Source: a virus (lineage: Duplodnaviria; Caudoviricetes). Taken from it: a stretch of 31,845 bases of DNA. This document shows, piece by piece, positions 25,966 through 31,845 of this stretch. A program made the position numbers and the translations under genes. The number at the start of each line of letters is the position of its first letter. The first letter of the stretch is position 1. Where the stretch lies: the IMG/VR virus record IMGVR_UViG_3300043618_000011, positions 1 to 31,845 of that record. One strand, given 5' to 3'. The notes beneath the pieces are model-generated. The model searched no databases, was not told the DNA's origin, and saw only the letters and a program-made list of their open reading frames with translations.

Positions 25966-26244
25966 TTAGTGTTTCTCTGGTTCATTTACAACGCTAGCAA
26001 CGTCAACGCCATCAACGTTCTGACCACGGGCCAACTGCTGCATTCGCCTATTGTTAGCCTCACTCAACTCAGCAAATCCTTGCATTGAGTTTGCCATCTG
26101 CAACACAACATTTGCAGTTTCCTCATTGCTCTTGAGCACATCACCCAAGCGCTCATACAGCATAGCAAAGAAGTACTTCACCTGTGGGTCCATGTCCGTC
26201 TTGTTCAGTTCACGCATGAACTCATTAAATGTTGCACTGGCCAT
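25966..26244 (-). CDS. Hypothetical protein
   Basis: RBS GAGGAGG; helical 92 aa. Confidence 0.6.
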   Translation of the reverse strand: MASATFNEFMRELNKTDMDPQVKYFFAMLYERLGDVLKSNEETANVVLQMANSMQGFAELSEANNRRMQQLARGQNVDGVDVASVVNEPEKH

Positions 26245-26245
26245 C

Positions 26246-26557
26246 TTATTCCTCCTCTACTTCTTCATACTCTTCACCTGTTGCATCGAACTCGTGCTTG
26301 AGTTGCTCTATCTCAGCCAGTCTCGTACTGACCTTGTTCTCGGCTGCCTCTAACCTGTCTATCTCCTTCTCCAACATATCGAGCTTGCCCTGTATGCGTT
26401 GGCCAATCTTTGACTGCCTAAGCTCTACCTTCCTATTCTTGGTCTGGAAGAACTCCAGCGTAGCAACCATGCGCTTGGCTCTAACAGTCTCAATATAAGC
26501 CTCAACTTCATCACGGCTTAGATTGTCCAGTGTCGGCATCAGGACTAGCTTCGGCAT
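26246..26557 (-). CDS. Coiled-coil protein
   Basis: Heptads LDMLEKEIDRLEAAENKV; ATG directly after a variant palindrome. Confidence 0.6.
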   Translation of the reverse strand: MPKLVLMPTLDNLSRDEVEAYIETVRAKRMVATLEFFQTKNRKVELRQSKIGQRIQGKLDMLEKEIDRLEAAENKVSTRLAEIEQLKHEFDATGEEYEEVEEE

Positions 26558-26759
26558 TGTGTGACTCACTCAGTTCAAACTCAGGAACCTTCCCATGATG
26601 ATCCTGCATCTGCGATAGATAGTGATCACCATCTTGGCACATTACAAACAAAGCGCCATTGATGTCCTGTAACACCTCGTGTAACTCACCCTTCTTTAAA
26701 CAAGACGTATCCTTCGTCACACGTAACTTATCACCTAGCTTTATATCTATGAGCTTCAT
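26511..26759 (-). CDS. Hypothetical protein
   Basis: RBS AAGGA; ATGA overlap. Confidence 0.55.
   Translation of the reverse strand: MKLIDIKLGDKLRVTKDTSCLKKGELHEVLQDINGALFVMCQDGDHYLSQMQDHHGKVPEFELSESHNAEASPDADTGQSKP
26559..26571. repeat. Palindrome copy 17 (1 mismatch), GTGTGACTCACTC
   Basis: Directly before ATG 26557. Confidence 0.85.
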
Positions 26760-27007
26760 GATCCATCCTTTCCTGCATATGGGATCAACTTTCGTTTGAA
26801 CTCATAAGGCTTTCTATTCTCGTTACGGTTAGCGTCATTCCTTGCCTTTGCCCTATGAGTACCACCAGTTCTGGCCAACTTGTTATATATGTACCCCTTA
26901 CTGACGCCCCACTTAGTCACTATATCAGCTACCTTCATACCTGCTACGTAGTCAGCCATGGCGCCTTCGTATATCTCTTTCGTCACAGCAGGTCTCCACT
27001 TAGGCAT
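26756..27007 (-). CDS. Helix-turn-helix DNA-binding protein
   Basis: 'DYVAGMKVADIVTKWGVSKGYIYNKL' HTH pattern; RBS GGAGG. Confidence 0.7.
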   Translation of the reverse strand: MPKWRPAVTKEIYEGAMADYVAGMKVADIVTKWGVSKGYIYNKLARTGGTHRAKARNDANRNENRKPYEFKRKLIPYAGKDGS

Positions 27008-27009
27008 TT

Positions 27010-27186
27010 CTATCCCTCCAGAAATATCGGTAGTCCCTTCAACTTCTCATGAAGCGCCCTCGCTTCTTCTTTAGACCTAAAGCTGGCCACATGCTTCCAC
27101 GGCCGGTACCATGTTGCTCTAGAATAGAGTGCATACGGATACTCGTCAGCCATCCAGCGGTTCCAATCGATCTTATAGTGGTTCAT
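27010..27186 (-). CDS. Hypothetical 58-aa protein (not in ORF track)
   Basis: MNHYKIDWNRW...PIFLEG; RBS GGAG; fills the gap between neighbours. Confidence 0.55.
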   Translation of the reverse strand: MNHYKIDWNRWMADEYPYALYSRATWYRPWKHVASFRSKEEARALHEKLKGLPIFLEG

Positions 27187-27189
27187 GGT

Positions 27190-27612
27190 TCAACGCTCCA
27201 ATATCTTAACTGTCCTGCGAGCCGATCCTGGTACCTTGGCAGCCTCGACCATACCTAACGCAATAGACACAGGCACCTTGTACTTAGACGCTGACAAATT
27301 ACCTGCCAACGTACCAGCATTAAACGTTCTTACCTTCGCTGACACGTTGACAGTACAAACAAACTTAGGACTCTCGCCTAACGTGAAATCACCTGCCTCT
27401 TCCTCCTCCTTCGGGTTCTTAACAATACCTTCTTTGACTAGTCGTGTGAACGCAGCCTCCTTAGCCTTCTCTGCAAGCTTCTCAACAGTGTCCCAATAGA
27501 AGAAGGCGGCCAGTTCCATACCAGTGTTACTCCTGTCATCCTTTCCTGTGACCTTCAGGAACTCCTGGAACTGTTTCGTTAACTCGTTCACTATCGTCAC
27601 CTTGTAGCTCAT
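27190..27612 (-). CDS. Hypothetical protein
   Basis: 140 aa; RBS GGAGG preceded by a palindrome. Confidence 0.65.
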   Translation of the reverse strand: MSYKVTIVNELTKQFQEFLKVTGKDDRSNTGMELAAFFYWDTVEKLAEKAKEAAFTRLVKEGIVKNPKEEEEAGDFTLGESPKFVCTVNVSAKVRTFNAGTLAGNLSASKYKVPVSIALGMVEAAKVPGSARRTVKILER

Positions 27613-27874
27613 CGCTGCCTCCTGTGTGACTCACACGGTTCAAGAACATTCCCAGGGCCTCATGTAACACTGTTACCTTTTCTCTTACCTTGGCTATATT
27701 TTTCCTGAAATACATATTGTCGTTTTCGTATTCACCTATCACTAACTCTATCGTTGAAAACCTATGGCCTCCATTGATACACTCCCGCCGACGACGAATG
27801 CACCCATTCATCGTCGGCCGAGAGTCGGTGACTTTAGTATGTGCATCACCGCACTGTGGACAAGGTATCTTCAC
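27536..27874 (-). CDS. NrdR-like zinc-ribbon protein lacking the ATP-cone
   Basis: 'CPQC...VTDSR...IRRRREC...RFSTIE' matches the NrdR N-terminal Zn ribbon. Confidence 0.75.
   Translation of the reverse strand: MKIPCPQCGDAHTKVTDSRPTMNGCIRRRRECINGGHRFSTIELVIGEYENDNMYFRKNIAKVREKVTVLHEALGMFLNRVSHTGGSDELQGDDSERVNETVPGVPEGHRKG
27624..27636. repeat. Palindrome copy 18, GTGTGACTCACAC
   Basis: Exact; abuts the RBS of 27190..27612. Confidence 0.95.
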
Positions 27875-28159
27875 TTAGAAAAAGACCTTAACTTTCTTAG
27901 CGACACCCTTCGTGGCCTCATTGGCAACAGCATAGGACAACTTACCCCATGCGTGACCAACCTTAACGGACTGTTCAGTCGGATCAATCTTCAACTTCTC
28001 AGTCGCACTCTTCTTAAACTCAGCGTCAAAAGCTTCACGCGACTTGTTGGCCAGTGCTTGATCTTTCCTATATGTCGCGTACAACTTAGCCAACTTAGGC
28101 GACAACTCATCTACATCAACATCAGTCCAATCCAACTTCTCTTTCGTCTTAAAGGCCAT
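27875..28159 (-). CDS. Hypothetical Lys-rich protein
   Basis: RBS AGGAGG; 94 aa. Confidence 0.65.
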   Translation of the reverse strand: MAFKTKEKLDWTDVDVDELSPKLAKLYATYRKDQALANKSREAFDAEFKKSATEKLKIDPTEQSVKVGHAWGKLSYAVANEATKGVAKKVKVFF

Positions 28160-28173
28160 TTGACCCTCCTACT

Positions 28174-28186
28174 GTGTGACTCACAT
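28174..28186. repeat. Palindrome copy 19 (1 mismatch), GTGTGACTCACAT
   Basis: Just upstream of the RBS of 27875..28159. Confidence 0.85.
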
Positions 28187-28320
28187 TCCCTGAACCAGGT
28201 CGGGGGAGGGATGGGAATGCGGGAGTCCCTCCCCCTTCCGTCGTCGAGCCATTACAGCCCGATTTGCATGATATCTCTCCTCTGTTATTCCATACTCTCT
28301 GAGATACACTCTACATCAAC

Positions 28321-28349
28321 ATGCTATCACTTTATGATAGCACTGTCAA
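28321..28349 (-). promoter_or_regulatory. Sigma70-type promoter with overlapping inverted repeat
   Basis: TTGACA-17 nt-TAGCAT on the - strand; TGCTATCA-N5-TGATAGCA (28322-28342) spans the spacer and -10. Confidence 0.7.
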
Positions 28350-28356
28350 GTGCCTG

Positions 28357-28608
28357 TCACAGTCTTGACATATTTGCTTTGAACACCAAATCATCACAAT
28401 CCAGGCCAGTTAGATCATCACAATCCAGGCCAGTTAGATGTGATAAAATTCCAATATATCGCCTAGCTTTTTCCTCATTGTCGAACGATTGCAACATAAA
28501 TCTCCCCCTTTCTATATCGTTCATAGGATCGATAAGCACCAAATCGACCGCGAACACTATTGGCCCACCGTGTATCGTGAACTTGAACTCCATCACTGCC
28601 TCCATCAC
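28357..28608 (-). CDS. Hypothetical protein
   Basis: ORF in the early cluster; start uncertain. Confidence 0.45.
   Translation of the reverse strand: MMEAVMEFKFTIHGGPIVFAVDLVLIDPMNDIERGRFMLQSFDNEEKARRYIGILSHLTGLDCDDLTGLDCDDLVFKANMSRL
28390..28437. repeat. Exact 24-bp tandem duplication
   Basis: ATCATCACAATCCAGGCCAGTTAG x2, encoding LTGLDCDD twice. Confidence 0.95.
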
Positions 28609-28617
28609 CGGGACACA

Positions 28618-28803
28618 TCATCCAATCTTCCATGGCTCCCATTCCTTCAAGTCGCGTGCCTCTTTCGACTCAATATCATCTGCCTCTGCCCTCTTCGCTA
28701 TCTGCCACACCTGATCCACCTTACAGTAGATCACCCATAGGAACACTGTGTGACTCACACAAATGGCGATGAGCATTAGGTGCATTGCATCATGTCTAGT
28801 CAT
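28618..28803 (-). CDS. Small membrane protein
   Basis: One hydrophobic segment; RBS GGAG; ATGA overlap. Confidence 0.5.
   Translation of the reverse strand: MTRHDAMHLMLIAICVSHTVFLWVIYCKVDQVWQIAKRAEADDIESKEARDLKEWEPWKIG
28748..28760. repeat. Palindrome copy 20, GTGTGACTCACAC
   Basis: Exact; intragenic (VSHT). Confidence 0.95.
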
Positions 28804-29003
28804 GTCGGTGACTCCATACCCTCCAACACACACTTAAGGCGTGACTCGGATAGCTCACCACCATTTAAATAATGGATACAGTGGAGAGCCATAACAGTTG
28901 TATTGTATTTGGCTATCTGCGTGAAGTCCTGTCCTGGTTCGACTTCCCTCTTCCTAAGAAAGCCTACCACGACTGCCTTTGCTTCGACATAGAATACGTA
29001 CAT
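28800..29003 (-). CDS. Hypothetical protein
   Basis: RBS GGAGG before ATG 29003; contains 'HYLNGG'. Confidence 0.55.
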   Translation of the reverse strand: MYVFYVEAKAVVVGFLRKREVEPGQDFTQIAKYNTTVMALHCIHYLNGGELSESRLKCVLEGMESPT

Positions 29004-29005
29004 GT

Positions 29006-29260
29006 CTATACCTCCACTAAACGCACAGCAACAGGACAATCATTATCAAAGCATATCTGCATCCATAATCCTGATGCCCTAACAGCATCTTCAATGGACT
29101 CAAAGCGCTTTTTAGTCCTTCTCCATTTCGGATTGCGTGTCCAAAAGCCAAGCTCGTCCCCAATTCCAGCATATTCAAACGTGTAACTCACTACCTTGTT
29201 AGCTGCATCCCTGTCCATCGTCATAACGCCGAAATGCTTGTTCGTTTGCGGATTGATCAT
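29006..29260 (-). CDS. Hypothetical protein
   Basis: RBS AAGGGAG preceded by a palindrome. Confidence 0.55.
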   Translation of the reverse strand: MINPQTNKHFGVMTMDRDAANKVVSYTFEYAGIGDELGFWTRNPKWRRTKKRFESIEDAVRASGLWMQICFDNDCPVAVRLVEV

Positions 29261-29399
29261 TTTTACGCTCCCTTGTGTGACTCACACGCTGATTGCACTT
29301 ATCTTCGGCACGACAATAGTACTGATGATCTGTTGTGGCTTTGAAGTTGCTCCTCACCAATGAGCCATAGCCACACTTATAACAATGCATAACACCCAC
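29199..29399 (-). CDS. Small Cys-rich protein
   Basis: CYKC...CRAEDKC; RBS GGAGGA. Confidence 0.45.
   Translation of the reverse strand: MGVMHCYKCGYGSLVRSNFKATTDHQYYCRAEDKCNQRVSHTRERKNDQSANEQAFRRYDDGQGCS
29275..29287. repeat. Palindrome copy 21, GTGTGACTCACAC
   Basis: Exact; abuts the RBS of 29006..29260. Confidence 0.95.
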
Positions 29400-29402
29400 G
29401 GC

Positions 29403-29555
29403 TCAATCCTCCTCCACTCGCTTACCTTCGACTATCCAATCAGTGAACACTTTCGCCTCATCTAATATGTCCGCCTGATCCACACTCTTCTTATTCCTCA
29501 GCACAGACAAGTACAAGGCCACTGCGCGCGCTACCTGATAAACCGTTGCTTCCAT
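29403..29555 (-). CDS. Hypothetical 50-aa protein (not in ORF track)
   Basis: MEATVYQV...RVEED; RBS GGAG. Confidence 0.45.
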   Translation of the reverse strand: MEATVYQVARAVALYLSVLRNKKSVDQADILDEAKVFTDWIVEGKRVEED

Positions 29556-29661
29556 AGCTCAACTCCATCCAAGTATTACACCGAACAAGAACAACAACGC
29601 TATTGCTGTAACCAAGCCCATAATGATGTCCATTATAAGCCTTACATCACCATTGAGCGGA

Positions 29662-29859
29662 TTATCCATCTGACCATCCCTTTATATTTTCGATCAACCA
29701 CTTTGGGAGATATATCTTAGCATCCATAGCTGCGCCATACATAGCTCCGTGGGCAAACATCTTCATCCGATTGCGCCTCTCCCTATCAGTCTGCTTCATT
29801 AACAGACTTACATATTCTTTCTGAGATAACGTAACTCCATATAGCTCAATTACCATCAC
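29662..29859 (-). CDS. Small protein containing a PolA motif-B-like peptide
   Basis: RNRMKMFAHGAMYG; RBS GGAGAGG. Confidence 0.5.
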   Translation of the reverse strand: MMVIELYGVTLSQKEYVSLLMKQTDRERRNRMKMFAHGAMYGAAMDAKIYLPKWLIENIKGWSDG

Positions 29860-29999
29860 TGCCTCTCCCTTCCTGTATTAACTTAACCACACGCACCGCT
29901 CGCCTACGTAACATCTTACGCCAATAACGATCATACAAATCAAGCTTACCATGGTATCGATGGTAGCTTATCTCTTTCATCACTGCCTGAATAACCTCC

Positions 30000-30362
30000 T
30001 CAATTACCATCGATTACCTCCACCTTATTGCCCCACACAACTCTCTCACCTAACTCCTTAGTGCTTATCCACCCATGCACATACAACGCACCACTCCTAT
30101 CTAGATACACCTCAAATTCATCATCAGCACATGCCTCCAATATACCAACAAACTCCTCCCTACTCTTCCTATTACCTTCAGCCCTTAACAACTTAACCAA
30201 CACAGGCAGGGCTCGCCTGAGACTATCCATACTCTTGAGGCCCCTTCTGTGTGAGTCACACGCTGCCTCCACGTGTGTCCTGAGAGCCTGAAACCAATTA
30301 TCGCGCCGCTTCACACTATCGCTTCTCCGCGTACCCTGCTTGCCTGTCCTGAGATCAATCAT
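30000..30362 (-). CDS. Hypothetical protein
   Basis: RBS GAGG before ATG 30362. Confidence 0.55.
   Translation of the reverse strand: MIDLRTGKQGTRRSDSVKRRDNWFQALRTHVEAACDSHRRGLKSMDSLRRALPVLVKLLRAEGNRKSREEFVGILEACADDEFEVYLDRSGALYVHGWISTKELGERVVWGNKVEVIDGN
30249..30261. repeat. Palindrome copy 22, GTGTGAGTCACAC
   Basis: Exact; intragenic (CDSH). Confidence 0.95.
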
Positions 30363-30413
30363 GGGTCTAGCCCTCTGCCCTGTGCTTCGCAGTAGGTAAG
30401 ATATCATGAAAAG

Positions 30414-30455
30414 TAGGGGCTTGTCAAGTGCTATCTCACACCTGACAAGCCCCTA
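30414..30455 (-). terminator. Intrinsic terminator-like hairpin overlapping a putative sigma70 promoter
   Basis: 13-bp arms TAGGGGCTTGTCA/TGACAAGCCCCTA followed by CTTTT on the - strand; 3' arm holds TTGACA with TGnTATCTT downstream (18-nt spacer). Confidence 0.6.
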
Positions 30456-30467
30456 ACTTCTTACCCT

Positions 30468-31373
30468 CTAAAGCTTAGCGTCGATTGCGTCCCTAACACT
30501 CTGCAATATTGCCATCTGCTTTTCGTTAGGCTTGTCAATCTTATTGACAAAGCTAATGAAAGACTTCGCGATATCGTCCATTGCAGCCGTTGGATTAGCC
30601 AAGGCTCGCGAATTGCCTCTGGTATTCGTGCCCCTATGCACTGGCTTACCATGCTTTTCGCCTGCCTTGGCAGCAATCGCAGTAAAGCTAGGCTTTTCGG
30701 TTAGCTTTACCTTCTTATCGCCTTCGCCAATCGTCTGCTTTTCATTCAGCAAAACGCTAGGCTGTCCGAATTGAGCCTTAATGGATGGCCCACTAAGCAG
30801 CAAGGTACCTGCCTTCTCGTCATACTTACCGTTTACCTTGTCTTCAAGCATACTGCACGCAACTTGAGCACACTTCTTGAGACTGTGCAGGAAGTTCGAC
30901 CTAATCGTGGCCTTGCGCTTGCCTTCGGGCGTGTCCTTTTCCTCCTTAGTACTCAGGACCAACTCAGCCACGCCCTTAGCCCATGCGACGCGCTTAGCCT
31001 CTTGAGGTGTGCCAACATTGATCGTTTGCACTTCCTTGAAACCAAGCGCAATCCCCAACTGGTCATTCAGATACGCGCTTTGCTGTGCACCCTCCTTGCC
31101 AAGGAACGAGGTAGACAGATCGATACTCTTATCTGCCTTGGCTGCTTTGAAAATGCCCATCGTAAGCTTGCTAAGCAGATCGTAGCGCTTAGCCTCAACG
31201 GTATCCAACACGGCTTGCGCTTGTGCTTCTGCGCTATGCGCTTCTGCTAACCCTCTGATCACCAACGGGCCAACATCCTTACTTAGTGCCGTGGCCTTAA
31301 TCTTAGGAACAAGCGCAACACTCTCAGACACTTCACTATCGCCTGCCTTTGCCTTCTTTGCCTTCTTAGCCAT
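30468..31373 (-). CDS. Lys/Ala-rich hypothetical early protein
   Basis: 301 aa; RBS TAAGGGAG; bracketed by a 31-bp palindrome and a hairpin. Confidence 0.75.
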   Translation of the reverse strand: MAKKAKKAKAGDSEVSESVALVPKIKATALSKDVGPLVIRGLAEAHSAEAQAQAVLDTVEAKRYDLLSKLTMGIFKAAKADKSIDLSTSFLGKEGAQQSAYLNDQLGIALGFKEVQTINVGTPQEAKRVAWAKGVAELVLSTKEEKDTPEGKRKATIRSNFLHSLKKCAQVACSMLEDKVNGKYDEKAGTLLLSGPSIKAQFGQPSVLLNEKQTIGEGDKKVKLTEKPSFTAIAAKAGEKHGKPVHRGTNTRGNSRALANPTAAMDDIAKSFISFVNKIDKPNEKQMAILQSVRDAIDAKL

Positions 31374-31407
31374 AACAAAACTCCCTTATCGGACTTCATT
31401 GTCCGCC

Positions 31408-31438
31408 TCTGGCGCTGTGTGACTCACACAGCGCCAGA
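31408..31438. repeat. Palindrome copy 23, extended to 31 bp
   Basis: TCTGGCGCTGTGTGA-C-TCACACAGCGCCAGA; upstream of the 301-aa gene. Confidence 0.95.
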
Positions 31439-31455
31439 AACTTACAATGCGCTAG

Positions 31456-31728
31456 TTAATCAACTTTGGCCGTCTGGTTGCGCGGAACTCGCTTCCCATT
31501 CCATCCCTTTTCCTTGACACACTTGGCTCGGAACTCTTGCCAAGCTTTGGCGCCTTCACCTTTGGCAACTGTCTTTCTTGCCTCGCTCGTGCGCCACTCA
31601 CCTCCACAGACTTTGAGCGCTTCGCCATACGTGGTTGTGTTACCTTGAGCGTAAACAGCACCGACACTCGCCAAGGAAACCAGCGAAACGAGAACGATCG
31701 AACGAAAGGATTTGGCCATATTAGTCAC
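31456..31728 (-). CDS. Exported PsiF-repeat-like protein
   Basis: Signal peptide ending VYA; 'CGGEWR...WQEFRAKC' two-Cys pattern; RBS AAGGGAG. Confidence 0.55.
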   Translation of the reverse strand: MTNMAKSFRSIVLVSLVSLASVGAVYAQGNTTTYGEALKVCGGEWRTSEARKTVAKGEGAKAWQEFRAKCVKEKGWNGKRVPRNQTAKVD

Positions 31729-31845
31729 TCCCTTTAGGGCAAGATCGCCCGCAATATGCCTATCTCTGACATAGGCACATTATGCGCAATCACTTAGACT
31801 CGTTAGTGGTCTTCATGACTTTGTATTCGTCTGTTAGCCATTCGT

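Noticed and set aside
26246-26557. Coiled-coil protein as a bZIP binding the AP-1-like core TGA(G/C)TCA
   Set aside because: A leucine heptad is present, but the invariant N-x7-R basic region and its spacing to the zipper are not.
27764-28714. 316-aa + strand ORF
   Set aside because: Antisense to - strand genes with good RBSs and a promoter; unnatural composition.
2376-31429. Palindromes as a CRISPR array (a Cas4-like gene is present)
   Set aside because: Repeats are 13 bp and separated by 0.5-2.5 kb of genes; the Cas4-like nuclease sits in a Sak4/SSB recombination context with no other cas genes.
2376-31429. Palindromes as CRP sites, T7-type promoters, matS or integron attC sites
   Set aside because: CRP needs TGTGA-N6-TCACA (here N1); only GACTCAC is shared with the T7 promoter and no RNA polymerase is visible; matS differs in sequence; attC sites are much longer and no integrase is seen.
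31757-31777. Inverted repeat TGCCTAT-N7-ATAGGCA
   Set aside because: Short, near the window edge, no U-tract or clear promoter; function cannot be assigned.

Overview
This window is most of a tailed-phage genome with podovirus-like organisation. A + strand virion module (1-16629) encodes tail adaptor and nozzle, two paralogous tail fibres, a cupin, a Gly-rich protein, internal/ejection proteins and a 1320-aa internal protein. It converges at 16629/16638 on a - strand early/replication module: UDG-fused family A DNA polymerase, dNMP kinase, RecD-like helicase, SSB, Sak4-like ATPase, Cas4-like nuclease and many small DNA-binding or hypothetical proteins. Capsid, portal, terminase, primase and endolysin are not recognisable here. 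An alphaproteobacterial host is suggested only weakly. The outstanding feature is a 13-bp palindrome, GTGTGA(G/C)TCACAC, found 23 times by eye (20 exact, 3 with one mismatch), every 0.5-2.5 kb. It fills tiny gene junctions, is embedded in coding sequence, and twice forms the centre of a 27-31 bp palindrome. This points to an unexplained genome-wide site-specific system. All protein calls come from motifs and gene context; no database search was run.
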